Part shown: positions 1-11,226 of the stretch, in pieces
Numbering within the stretch: the first letter of the stretch is position 1
Layout of the letters: each line of letters begins with the position of its first letter
Notes under the pieces: generated by a model
The model's database searches: none
Told to the model about the DNA's origin: nothing
The model's input: only the letters and a program-made list of their open reading frames with translations
Position numbers and translations under genes: made by a program
Source: Coniocarpon cinnabarinum
Lineage: Eukaryota
Length of the DNA: 20,000 nucleotides
NCBI GenBank assembly: GCA_051942205.1
Contig: JAVECO010000118.1
Location: 53,625 to 73,624, forward strand
Direction of reading: 5' to 3'

Positions 1-1097
1 AAGCTTTATAACGGCTAGTCTGTTTGTGGATTAGCGCCTTGTACATAATTTGGTTCAATGGCTGGCGTCGACAGCTGATTTATTATTCTCCAACAGCCAT
101 CGTTCAAACTCTTCAATTTCCTTGGTTGACTCACATGCAAAATTGGCACATCAGCTCGTGATGCCTCTCAATTGTCCTGTTCCCGCTGCCGCTTGGGACG
201 CTCTATCTGGATATGAGGAGAGTGGGTTAGTGTTACAGGACCCGATCGCGGGTGAATCTCTTAAGAAGTAGCACTACTGCGCGCGCAAAGAAATTGGGAA
301 ACTTACTTGTCAACTTTTCATTGGATGAGGTCGTCAAGCCTAGATCAATGCCGCAAGGCGCGATACAGTCGTCTTTCCATGCGGCTTTTTAAAGTGTAAT
401 GTCACGCGCTATTTTCTTTCTGAGTCCAACTGTTATTAGACATCGATAAGGAGCCGGTGCTGATTCACCTTATTCGTCTCGTAGCAAGGGTTGAATGTCA
501 GCGAGAGACTCAGAAAGAATATCGGAGCACGCACGTAGAAAGGGACTTCTGCGAGAGTAATCATGCACACATCATTCTTTCAGTTTGTGTCGTCTGGGCC
601 GAGTTTCCACCACTTGGCCTACTGAATTGTTCACTTGTTACATCAGCAAGACAAAGACCAGGGTATAAGACGAGCTATGTGCTTGTGCAAAGTTTCAAGC
701 GAATTTGTACGATAGTGTGGTCGTACTCAGAGACATCAATGTCGTCATTTGAAATGCATGAAGGCTAAGCTGGACAAGCTAAGCGATACACGAGATACAA
801 ATTTGCGTAGAGCGTCGTGAATCTTCCATCTCGCGCTTGCGAAGAACAGAATAGGCTAGCATGCGCCTAGATGGGAGTGCGTATCATGATTCCATCAGAT
901 ATGAGAATGTGCGCAGCTTCATCGCCGTCAAGTAACCCCATTCGCTCTTGGTCATCCTCCGGCGTAGAAGTAGGAACGACAAGGCTTGCAAGCGTCATAA
1001 GTGCATACTGACCTGTCATTATAAGAAAGGAACGCCGTATCTCTTGCTTCTTCAACTTACTACGGTAACCTTGCAAGTGGGCACACAAGCAAGTCAA

Positions 1098-1397
1098 TCA
1101 TTGACCTGGGGCATCGGGATGCGGTGTAGGTGGGCGCGGCGGCTGCGGTGACGGCGATCTTGGCTTGCCTGGGGGTGGTTCAATATTCACCATGTTACCG
1201 TCGTCGGGGTAAGGTGGACGCGGTGTAGGTGGTCTCGGAGGATTGTCTGGCGGGCCTGGCGACGGTGGTGGTCTCGGCGGGTCTGGGAACTGGTCCACCA
1301 AGATACCTTCAAGAATTTCTCTGTCGAGACTGAGAGCGTGAATCAATCCATCGAAGCCATCACGAGTGGCGTAATTGGTAGAGGGATGTGCCATCAT
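1098..1397 (-). CDS. Small proline-rich hypothetical protein (~99 aa from MMAHP) with a repeated PPRPPTP(R/H)P motif
   Basis: Lies in ORF 1098..1670. From the ATG at 1397 it reads MMAHPSTNYATRDGFDGLIHALSLDREILEGILVDQF followed by a Pro-rich tail with PPRPPTPRP and PPRPPTPHP. The Pro codons vary at synonymous positions, so this is not a simple DNA repeat. The start codon is uncertain. Confidence 0.5.
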   Translation of the reverse strand: MMAHPSTNYATRDGFDGLIHALSLDREILEGILVDQFPDPPRPPPSPGPPDNPPRPPTPRPPYPDDGNMVNIEPPPGKPRSPSPQPPRPPTPHPDAPGQ

Positions 1398-2109
1398 AAA
1401 GTACGCGAAGGTACGGATCCTCAGTGCTCTACCTGATTGAGATACATTCGAGGTAGAGTTTGCTGTAGAAGTGAACTGTGCATCCCAGGAAAGTGGAAGC
1501 CAGCATAGGTGCGAAGGCACACTTATAGCTTGTATGGCAACGAAAGGCATATGGTTTGCATGACGCTGAAAAGTTGGAAATGGGTTGGACGCCTGCTTCA
1601 AACGCAGACATGCAGGAAGGTAAGCAGGCAGTGTCCTCGACATCCAATTAACGGCGAGTTTGCAGCGCATGTGATAGCTTTGGGCCTCCTAAAACTTGTG
1701 TTAAGCCTGCGTAACACGTACTCACTTGGCTAAGCGATGTATGCCAAAAGGCTGCAAAGGCTGAGAATGGGCGGGTTGTCTTCGCAAACGTGCAATTCCA
1801 CCTTAATGACTGAGCTGCGGCAGGTTGGCCGCACCTTGACCGGCTGAGTGTCCTGGGAATGTGCTCTTCCAACTCCCAAGTTCCGCATGTTTGCCGATTA
1901 GCAAACGCCAGACGTTCGTGCAAGCGCAGCGCGAACTGCGGACCGAGCCTTCAAGAGCCTGCTTGTACGTCCTAAGCTGATTGCTGCTCAATCATGTGAA
2001 TAGGTCCAGTCTCAAGAGCATATACCATAATTTCGACATTTGAACTTTTGCACAGTATATATCAACGTAAGACACAGTGGAGAGCATCATCAATCAGCAG
2101 GAAAGGCTA

Positions 2110-2274
2110 ATGACTCAAAAGATCGTGTTTTGCGTAATGTGTGAACGCGTTTCACATACATTCGACGTTTGTGACTATGAAGATGACATTCCACGCCGAG
2201 GCGTCAATGAAATTATTGATCTCAGTCAATCGAGGTTGCGTGTGAGTGCGACGGTGGCATCAATAAGTCTATGA
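2110..2274 (+). CDS. Micro-ORF or exon with a CCHC zinc knuckle (C-x2-C-x4-H-x4-C)
   Basis: 2131-2172 translates CVMCERVSHTFDVC, followed by DYEDD and EIIDLS. ATG at 2110, stop at 2272-2274. Confidence 0.3.
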   Translation: MTQKIVFCVMCERVSHTFDVCDYEDDIPRRGVNEIIDLSQSRLRVSATVASISL

Positions 2275-2383
2275 GACTCGATGGCGCAGTGCCAGCAGCT
2301 GATTGAATAGGTTTGTTGAGTGGTTGACCTCCAGCATCTGCTTTGCTGGTGAACGCATGTCCACAGTACGACCGTGGCTATTT

Positions 2384-2707
2384 TCAGTGTCCATGGCCGC
2401 TGGACACCTGAAATACTTCTAGCGAATCGGCCTAACAAGCTCAGTCCGCGAATGGAAAAGTAGTAGCTGGTTCGTGCGGACATACCTTGGAGGCACTGCG
2501 GGACAGTGATTCAGAAGAGGAAGGTGGGGATGGATATGGTGGCGGACGTCCTGGTCTCGGAGCGCCAGGCGTATGTGGTGGCGTTGGGAGTGGATCTGGT
2601 GAGGGCTCAAATGGCTGAATAGGGAAATCGGGCAAGGCGCAGCTGTTAAGCGAGCATCCTGTCAACTTGAGGTCTACGTCCATAACTTCCGGAGCGGCGG
2701 AATTCAT
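2384..2707 (-). CDS. Small proline-rich hypothetical protein, probably 2 exons (2707-2486, 2431-2384)
   Basis: ATG at 2707 and the Pro-rich core PFEPSPDPLPTPPHTPGAPRPGRPPPYPSPP. Canonical donor AAG|GTATGT at 2485, CTGAG branch-like site and TTAG acceptor at 2432 give a 54-nt phase-0 intron, then ADSLEVFQVSSGHGH*. The acceptor choice is uncertain. Confidence 0.5.
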
Positions 2708-3587
2708 GACTGGTATTTGAACTCTGCAACTGCAGCGAGTTCCTTAGAGACTGATCATCTGCGAGGTACTTGCATTGCGTAGATGTGCTCGTTTAGCTGC
2801 GGAGACAGTTTGGTAAGATAGGATTTTCAGAGTCCAGACCTCCTGATATGGAATCAGCCTTCAAACTGGGAGTATCATAGGAAGTGCAAATATTTTGTAA
2901 AATGTCTGACGGCGTCATGTCCAACGCAGTCGCAAGCTTCGTCATGCAAACTGCAATCCATTGCAGCAAACCTGGCCACCTTTGATCCTGGTGGAAACGA
3001 CAGCATGGAATCATCATCATCAAAGGCGAATGACGCAATGACAGGCCTCACACGAAGCATGAGCAGCGTTGTGCAAACCTTTCTGTGCACGGCGGTAGTG
3101 GCAAAATATTGCCATTCACTTATAATGTCAACGACAGGGCGGAGCCAAACGCTGTTCGGCGGCTCGGCATGAGCCCCAAACTTTCAGAGATCCTCCCATT
3201 GCGCAAATTCTGTGAATGAACAATCCTCCTAAGTTGGTCGAAGTGAAGTCTCCGAGACTGACATCAGAACTGCTCGTTCCAAGTTATGGAATTGAATTTC
3301 AAAGCTGCGTGTCAGCGAAACGCTCGGATAAGCTTGGCCGGACGGGCACCTGCTCCAGGCGTGAGTGGCGCAATCATCATAGCTCGTTCGCAAGAGGCTC
3401 AAACAAGCGTCACGAGTTGGTCATCTCAATGTGGTATTGTTTGCAGGGCGACCGGAGAACGAACATACATGCATATTAGCAGATCGATCATCAACTTCCT
3501 GATACAGGAGTCGGGGTAGTCTTGTGAGTCACGTGCTCTTGCCTCTGCTTGCGCACGTGGCAACTCGTACCATTTCACTATCCGTTC

Positions 3588-4641
3588 ATGGCAACCATTA
3601 CAGACGATCCAGCTTCGCTGTTTCAACCCGCAAGTCGGCAAGCTCAGAACACAAGTAGTATCATCGTTGTGCTTAATCAGCCTATACTTTGCAAGGAAGC
3701 CTTCCGACGATGCTACGGTCGCGCTCAATGGCGATTGTATGCGGATGGTGGGGCCAACCGTGTTCGAGACATAGAAGATATCGAGCACAATGAGTTCTTT
3801 GTGGGTCTCTTTACAGCCTCGTAGCGTGACGAGGTGGATATATGTCTAACATAGGCAGCCACCTCATTTAATCCTGGGCGACCTGGATTCGCTGAGAGTC
3901 TCTACACGCATGCACTACCAGCAGTCTTCCAATCACTCGGTCCTTGTGTGTCGTGACGAAGACCAGTATAGCACCGACTTCGGAAAAGCGGTCAGGGCAG
4001 TGCGCGCTTTGCGACGTGACTTCTCAGCGCCGTCAGCGCTCGCGGACCATGCTCTTCAAAAGATACCAGAGTGTGAAAGCTCGATAGTCAACGTCCGAGA
4101 AGCGCTGCCTGGGTTTGACGATGTCAATGCGGCATGCAGCAACCAGGACGGGGTCTGCAACGTGATCATCTTTGGAGGTCTCGGTGGACGGGTTGATCAG
4201 GGAATAGGCCTCCTTGCAGAGCTTGCACGGGAGAACGCAGCCAACCAAGACTCGTTGCACTTCTGGTTAGTGAGCGAGAGAAGTATGAGCTGGGTTGTGA
4301 ATCCTAGCGCAAGCCTCTCGAAGCCGCTGGAAGCAAGCTACTCCAATAGCAAGCGCCAGACGAGACATGTCATTCAATTGACACCCGCAGACGTGAAGCA
4401 TGACATGCATGCTCAACTATTCTCGCGCAACGTGGGCATTTTGCCAATCTTTGGTCCCGCGCACATCAGCACCCAAGGGCTGGAGTGGGATGTGGAAGAT
4501 TGGGAGACGAGCATGACAGGGCAAATCAGCACTAGTAACCATGTGGTCAGCAAAAAGGGCATCGTCGAGCTGACGACGACTGCAAAGGTGCTGTTCACGG
4601 TGGAGCTGGGCCCGTCACTGCTGCAGCAAGAGCCGACGTAG
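3588..4641 (+). CDS. THI80: Thiamine pyrophosphokinase, 2 exons (3588-3800, 3859-4641), ~331 aa
   Basis: TPK motifs LNQP, ADGGANR, ILGDLDS, DQYSTDFGKA, GGLGGRVDQ, TQGLEWDV and ISTSNH. A phase-0 intron joins NEFF to PPHLILGDLDS. Confidence 0.95.
3801..3858 (+). other. Spliceosomal intron in THI80 (58 nt)
   Basis: GTGGGT donor, CTAAC branch at 3846-3850, CAG acceptor. Its removal restores the reading frame. Confidence 0.9.
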
Positions 4642-5091
4642 ATCGTGCAGTGAGCAGTGAGTCCGGGACGAAAATAGGATCACATCGTAGGAAGCGGAGC
4701 CTCAAACGGTCGTGCCTGCACATGACAAGGACCATCCAGGTACTCTTTGCTCGACAGGGTCAAGATCGCCATGCACTACTTTGAGTGTGCTCTTTCTTGA
4801 TCAAGTCTGCCTATTTGAATTAATCTGGCTTTCGACCCAACAGCCGCTCTCGTTGCCTCGTGTGTTCGTGTGCTGTCGACCTGCTCCGACAAAAAGGCGA
4901 TCGAAGATGGCCGCCGCAATGGTGACGTCAGGTAGACAAGGGTTCTGGCATGTGCAACTGCCGAGTGCTTGCCCCGTCCCGACTTCAAAATTCAGTGATG
5001 CTGCAATATTTCTTAAGGGATCACAGCAGTTGACATTCATATCCACCAGAATTGATCGTGTTTCACTGACCCTCATTGAGGAATTGCAATC

Positions 5092-6441
5092 ATGGCTCTC
5101 GCGCAAGCTGCCTCGGTCGCAGAGAAGGTCATCGGTCATGGCGACAATGCTGTCGTAACGCAGGACGTATCAAACCCTGCTCGGAATCGGGAGAAGTATG
5201 GACACCCCACAGAGAAGATGAAGGCTCTCACTTGGGGTGGCAAGAACACTGTCAACGTCGTGGAAGTCCCTAAACCTAAAGTCGTTGACCCGCGCGATGT
5301 TATCGTCAAGGTCACTGGCTCCACAGTTTGTGGGTCAGACCTTCATCTGCTCCATGGCGCCATCGTCGAGATGGAGAAAGGCGACATCCTCGGACATGAG
5401 TTTTGCGGTGTTGTCGAAGAGCTTGGCCCTGAGGCTCAGGGCAGAGGTTTGAAGGTGGGCGACCGCACGGTAGCCAGTTTCCAGATCGCGTGTGGGTCTT
5501 GCATGTACTGTCAAAGGAAACAGAGCAGCCAGTGCGAAAAGACGAATTCCAACACGTTGGAGAACGGCATGTACGGGGGACGAACCGCTGGCATGTTTGG
5601 ATATGCACACTTTACGGGCGGTTTCGCAGGAGGCCAGGCTGAGTTTGTCCGCGTGCCGTTTGGCGATGTCAACCTCTTGAAGCTCCCAGATGACGTCCCA
5701 GATGAGAAGGGTCTGTATCTGTCTGATGTGCTTGCAACGAGTTGGAATTGCGTCGTTGACACCGGAGTAAACCAGGGTGACGTGGTTGCTATCTGGGGCG
5801 CTGGACCTATTGGTCAGATGGCAGTGGACTTTGCATGGATCAATGGAGCCAGTCGCGTCATTCTCATTGACCAAAATTGGCGTCTTGATTTCGTGAAGTC
5901 GAAGAGTCCCAAGGTCGAAACAATTGACTTCACGAGCTTGCCAAAGGGAACGACAGTGGTGACAAAGCTAAAAGAGATGGTGCACGGTGGACCCGATGTC
6001 GCTCTTGAGTGCGTGGCTGGCGAGTACCCAAAGAGCTGGACTCACTACTTTGAGCTCCAACTTGGCCTCGAGACTGACACGTCGGAAATCATCAATGAGT
6101 GTATAACCAGCGTCAAGTCATTTGGCCGCGTTGGCATCACCGGTATCTACGCTGGATACACGAACCATTTCGCAATCGGAGCCGTCATGGAGCGTGGCAT
6201 TCGCTTCATTGGCAATGGCCAAGCACCCGTACATATGTACTGGGAGAAACTGCTCAAGATGATCCAGACCAAGGAGATTGAACCTCTAAGGATGATTAGT
6301 CATCGAGTAAGACTTGAAGACCTCGAAACGGTCTACAGCAAGTTTGAGAAACGTGAGGATGGCATGCAAAAGGTATATGTGCAAACCAAGTACAGCTTGC
6401 CTCCATGCGAGGGGTGCCCCAAGTTGACCGAGTACTCATGA
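5092..6441 (+). CDS. Zn-dependent medium-chain dehydrogenase/reductase (formaldehyde dehydrogenase-like alcohol dehydrogenase), 449 aa, intronless
   Basis: Catalytic Zn motifs CGSDLH and ILGHEFCG, structural Zn CGSCMYC-x7-C, GGFAGGQAEFVRVP, LSDV, and Rossmann GAGPIG. Confidence 0.93.
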   Translation: MALAQAASVAEKVIGHGDNAVVTQDVSNPARNREKYGHPTEKMKALTWGGKNTVNVVEVPKPKVVDPRDVIVKVTGSTVCGSDLHLLHGAIVEMEKGDILGHEFCGVVEELGPEAQGRGLKVGDRTVASFQIACGSCMYCQRKQSSQCEKTNSNTLENGMYGGRTAGMFGYAHFTGGFAGGQAEFVRVPFGDVNLLKLPDDVPDEKGLYLSDVLATSWNCVVDTGVNQGDVVAIWGAGPIGQMAVDFAWINGASRVILIDQNWRLDFVKSKSPKVETIDFTSLPKGTTVVTKLKEMVHGGPDVALECVAGEYPKSWTHYFELQLGLETDTSEIINECITSVKSFGRVGITGIYAGYTNHFAIGAVMERGIRFIGNGQAPVHMYWEKLLKMIQTKEIEPLRMISHRVRLEDLETVYSKFEKREDGMQKVYVQTKYSLPPCEGCPKLTEYS

Positions 6442-6542
6442 ATTGATGCACATCGCCGGAGGTCAGTTTGTAGATGCTGTATAGTCACAGATCGCGCGAC
6501 GACTTTGTTGAAGCGATAGAGAATACAGCAAGACGTTTATTC

Positions 6543-7409
6543 TTAGGCCTTCTTCCTGCCTCTTTTGCTTTTTTTGTTTGCTTCTTTCACTGAACCGCGC
6601 GTAGCTCGACCCGGCTTCTCAACCTCAATTTGAGCTTGGCTAGTGTCCTCCTGTGCTTCATTGCGATCGTCGTCATCGCCTACAGTGGAAGTGGTTGCAG
6701 TAGTGGTGCGACTCCCACGTCGTCCCGGTTGTGTACTCTGTCTGAGACTATTCCTCGTGCTCTTCGGCGCAGTGCGTCCACGCCCCCCTCGCACGGAGGC
6801 TGTCTCACTGATGGAGCGCTCGTCTAACGGTGGCGAGCTTGCAGGTTCTGAGGCTGGCTTCAGTCTCCTCGCAAACATCCTCTCTGCAAAGTCTTCAGCC
6901 TGGTCCGCATTCAGAGAATCGGTCCGGGCAGCATCAAGCTCGAAGTCGCGCTCGAACTGCCAGTCAATACGTCGACTTGCCGATGTGTCTCGCTCATTCG
7001 ATCCCTCACTGGCTTCTCTTGATCCACTGCCCGCTCGATAATGCTCTTCACGCTCATCCAACGTCTCAAGATCGTACAGACCCTGAAGCTTCTGCCAGAT
7101 CCGCTGCGGAAGCATGTGCTCAATTGGCGCCAACACACCATTCGTGGATGGCTGCGTATGTGTCAAACCTTGGGACTGAAGCGAGTTGTAAATGCTGAGC
7201 ATATTGAAGTGCTTGTGGAGTCCAGTTGGTTTATGATGTATTAAAAGTTTCAATAGCGCGGTTTCTTGCGCTGGAGTCCACGGATTCTTTTGGACTGGGG
7301 TCTCGCCATCCTCAAAAGATGCTGGCGCAGCTTTCGGGGTCGAAGCCGGGGGAGAGCTAGCAGCGGTAGTAGTAGGAGAGGTGCGCGCACGTTTTTTGGC
7401 AGGAGCCAT
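6543..7409 (-). CDS. EAF7: Chromatin modification-related protein Eaf7 (NuA4 subunit, CT20/MRGBP family), 288 aa
   Basis: WTPAQETALLKLLIHHKPTGLHKHFNMLSI, IWQKLQGLYDLETLDERE and RDFEL match the recalled Eaf7/CT20 pattern. The N-terminus (MAPAKKRAR) is basic and the tail is disordered and basic. Confidence 0.88.
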   Translation of the reverse strand: MAPAKKRARTSPTTTAASSPPASTPKAAPASFEDGETPVQKNPWTPAQETALLKLLIHHKPTGLHKHFNMLSIYNSLQSQGLTHTQPSTNGVLAPIEHMLPQRIWQKLQGLYDLETLDEREEHYRAGSGSREASEGSNERDTSASRRIDWQFERDFELDAARTDSLNADQAEDFAERMFARRLKPASEPASSPPLDERSISETASVRGGRGRTAPKSTRNSLRQSTQPGRRGSRTTTATTSTVGDDDDRNEAQEDTSQAQIEVEKPGRATRGSVKEANKKSKRGRKKA

Positions 7410-10400
7410 TCAAGCTTTTAAAGATGGCAAGCAGCCTCGGAACGCAAGAAGTATCCAATGCGGGACAGCCGGACGAAGACTGCAATTGGAACGAGCCATC
7501 ACACCATGGGCAGCCACCGACCTGCCATGTTGTCGACGTGAGCGCCAGTGACACCAGCTTCGAAAGAGCCGAATCGGGACATTTTGTGAGCCTTGGAAAT
7601 CAGGCATCAGTATTGGCTCCCTCAGACCACGACACCATGATTGGTCCCACTGGCCTCACGCTCGATAATCTCGTCTTCCAGAGATCGTGAACAGCGGACT
7701 GCTCATATGCAAGAGCCTCTTGAAGTTCAGCCGTGCCGTCAAAAGCACAGAGTTCCAGAAGCCCGAGGCTTCCGAGTTGGCTGCATTTGTCCCGGGCCGT
7801 GGAATAATTTCATCCAGGCCGTTCCCAGCAAGCCCTGATGGTAGACACCATGCTTCGGCTGTCTCACGTTTACGTTTCATCATGGGCATAACGATGTTTT
7901 TATTACACGGCTGCGAAGTCAGCTTTGAACCTCACATGATCTGAGGAAACGACAAGCTGGAAGTTCTCAATTAATGTACTGTGCACGATCTAGCCAGGCA
8001 AACATGGAGGGTGAATGGCCTACAACTTTTACTTTCCATCACCTTGCCACTGACACATGTCAGACTCCTAGACAATCTGTTCAACAACAGAACATTTTAG
8101 TGCTTGCGCAGCATATCACCCACTCGCTAGAGTGTTCGCGGAAAGGCCCCAAACCGTCCCCAGACAACAGGTGCTTTTTGGCTTTACAACGCAACCGGCA
8201 AAGACTTCAACCTTGCCGTGGATTCCCGGCCCTCCGATGCGATACTTGAGCCGTGCAACCAACGACAAGCTTTGGCCATTCCGTGCTCTGATAATCATGA
8301 GGGCTTTATCCAAGCTCTCGCCATGAATATGCCTACTTTTGGGATCGGATACACGCCACTGATCTGCGAAACGACGTTTTGGTCGCTCCCTCGAAATAGC
8401 TCCTGGTTGTGCGCAGTCCGTTGCGCGATGACTGGTGAGTCCTCATCTTTCAATCTCTGGTCTGGCATGATTTCTGGTCCAAGCCCGGTCTCGGATCAGT
8501 GCTGAAAGCGCATTTTGAGGGGCGGCATCACAGTCTGGATTTGAACGCCATGCGCGCACTCCACTGCATGTTCTACTTATCTTATTTGTGTGACTACAAG
8601 CCTGGGCAGTGAGGTGGACGATACTAGATCCTAGACACATTTCACCTTGGCATGAAATAAGCTATCGTGGATATCGTGACTTATGGAAAGACTTCAAAAT
8701 GCATAAATGCTCTGACTTTGTGCAAAGCAGATTGATTGTCAAGCGGACCGCCTTCGTTCACACCTTGAGAGTCAGCACGAGTCATTGAAGGGCTAGCATC
8801 GCAAAATTTGCCAGATCAAAAGATGGGTCCCCATCTAGTAAACTTTGTGAGACGCTTCTGTCAGCTTCAAATTCCCTCGCAGCTGCCCCCTGCGAAGACG
8901 TCAGAGTCTAGTTCTGTCATCAGTCAGCTACATATTGTATCTTGAATCATTGACCGACGGAATCATATGCGCACCGCCTTAGACGAGCTAGGATGAAAAC
9001 GTCTATTGGCCGTTGCAGTTTCAACATTGCTTCGTAAAATGTAAGGTGAAGATCTACATGACTTTGAATACAACACGCCATCCGAGGCGCTGTAAATGCT
9101 GCCTTTGCATTATGCGAAAATGAAACAAACATATCTGGTGAAAAATGCTTTTGACCGAATACACATGCTTAATAGAGGTCAGTGCAAGCTTGTGAAGCGT
9201 AAGTCGCATGTAACAGCTAGGACATCCGCGAAAAGTGTGTGGTAGAGGACCCTGATCTTTGCCGTGATCATGCCCTGTTGCGGCGATCATGTCCTTGAGC
9301 TAAACAAATGTGTCCTTAACATGTTGTGGAGGCTCTCTAGCTATACGCGCTGGGGTTGTTAGTGCTGGATAACAGAACGGGCTCATTCTGCGATGGACCC
9401 CTGACTGAGCATCGCGAGCGCTGATATGTGCCTCCTAGAAGACGGAACGCCCGGAATCAAAGGTGAAAAGCGTCGATGCATCCTCAGTGAAATGATTTGC
9501 TGCCAGCAGAACACCTGAGACAGCTGTCTGGACGAGCCTTAGTTGTAAAGAGGAGCGGATTGGGTGGTCCATCTAAGCTTGCACCATGCTGTGACCCTTC
9601 CACTTTCATGTCATGCACTCTGCACCCAACGGTTTGAATTTAGCATTGCTGCCGTTACCCGTTTTGAGAGGTCGTACGTGTTACAAACAGCTCATATGTA
9701 CATGTGTAGCTTTGATCATGTAGCTACCTTGCTAGATGTCGTGATGCCAACTGTGGACCCGAAATCAGCGCCCTACAAAGATTTATAATTCCGCCGCTGC
9801 ATCTCAATCGCTAATAACAAGCACTACTAAAGAACAATCTCACCGTCGTCCATGGTTGCAGACTCAGCAATCACGTCGTTCAGTTGAATATCAGCTTGCC
9901 CTCGTTTCAGTTTCTCAACTCGATTGCTCCGCAAAGCTCAGATCAAGCCCTTCCAGCGGATCTAGAATCCCCTGCGCTTGATTCATGGCTAACGAGAAAG
10001 TCATTAACGGGAATGTCATCGTCAAGGACAAGACAAATATGAAGGTCTGGCGCTTTGATTGTGCCTGCCAGGCCATTGAGAAACGTGTGAAAGAATTACA
10101 TGAATTCAGAATACCTAGCAGACAAGACCCATTGTACTCATGTACGGAGATCCATATCGAGTAAGTTCTGACCCCTAGACTGTTCGAAAATCTGTCCATC
10201 GGTATGCGCATTTCATTGACTGTGTATATGTGTGAAGACATTTGGTCAAGCACGGTAACTTACATGATGGGTCGGCTCTCAAGCAGCGTTACGCCAGGAT
10301 TAAGGATGCAATCACGTTTGTCAAGGTGATGAAAATAGAAGTTGGAGTCTACCGAACGAAGGGTTCGGAGCTGGAGAAGTTGTCGCAGGAGAGGTTTTTT

Positions 10401-11226
10401 GTTGGGTATGATGATGATCACAGGGCGACCGACAAAGGTGGATACTACGGTCAAATTCAGACCTATCATGAGATAACATCGAGTGACTCAGACAAATAGG
10501 GACTGTGGTGAATTTAAAAGCTCAAAGGCGTGCTGAGATAAGTCACCGCTCTGATCCTTTTGAAACGGACCTAGCAGTGCTATAATTTTTCCATTGTCTT
10601 AAATCCCAAAATCAACTATTGAGCCGCTTGCGAGATGCCTGCTGTCCTTGCATTGAACCAGAGCTTGGGAAGACGCACAGCCCCGTTTTGTGCATACTGC
10701 GTTTGCGAGTGGGACCGATCTCAACTCTGAGGACTAGCTCGCCTGTGTCATGATGCTCAGTGGCACGGCGCTTCTCAACCCTTTCCTGCCTAATGTATTC
10801 TTGGACTTTTTTTTTGATGCCCTTAAAGTACCCAGGGCACGAAAAGCAATGCAACGGGGTAAGGGAAAAAGGATGTTCTTCTGAATAGCACTAGGGTGAA
10901 TGGCATCAGATCGCCAGTTGACGTCCGCCTGTGCAAGGCTTAAAGGGACCATCTTCGGTACAGAGAAGGCAGATCGAGCTTGCGAACGCTTATACAATGA
11001 GTGTTCACCTAGCTCTTTTTCTCAAACCAGCAATGGACGAGCTCACATCTTACTAATGCAAAGAATGCCGTGCAACTTTGCATTCAAACATGATATGCAA
11101 TCCGATGGAGACATCAATCGGCTAGTGTCTTAGGGTTTTACTGACCCTATTTGCATCCCCGTCCATGAAGCTTCTCTAAGCTCTTTCACGGCACTTTGCG
11201 ATTTCCACTTCACCCCATTAATTCAA

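Noticed and set aside
867..1097. ORF in frame directly after the TGA of the Pro-rich ORF (possible readthrough)
   Set aside because: The stop context TGA-TTG is not a known readthrough motif, the candidate bridging intron is only 36 nt, and the peptide has no recognisable features.
4712..7244. Many overlapping or antisense ORFs within and around the dehydrogenase and EAF7 genes (likewise within SEC62, GH79 and 11227..12216)
   Set aside because: These are shadow ORFs of GC-rich coding sequence, with no independent motifs.
10242..10499. EKLSQERFFVGY resembles the copia-type KL...FVGY motif downstream of integrase
   Set aside because: The match is too short, and there are no integrase, RT or LTR features around it.
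10505..10570. TPP-riboswitch-like words (GGTG...CTGAGA...ACCG..CTGATC) in a window that contains a thiamine gene
   Set aside because: It lacks the downstream GG-TAAT-CC-GCG-AGG elements, is about 6 kb from THI80, and is not in an identifiable intron of a THI4/NMT1-type gene.
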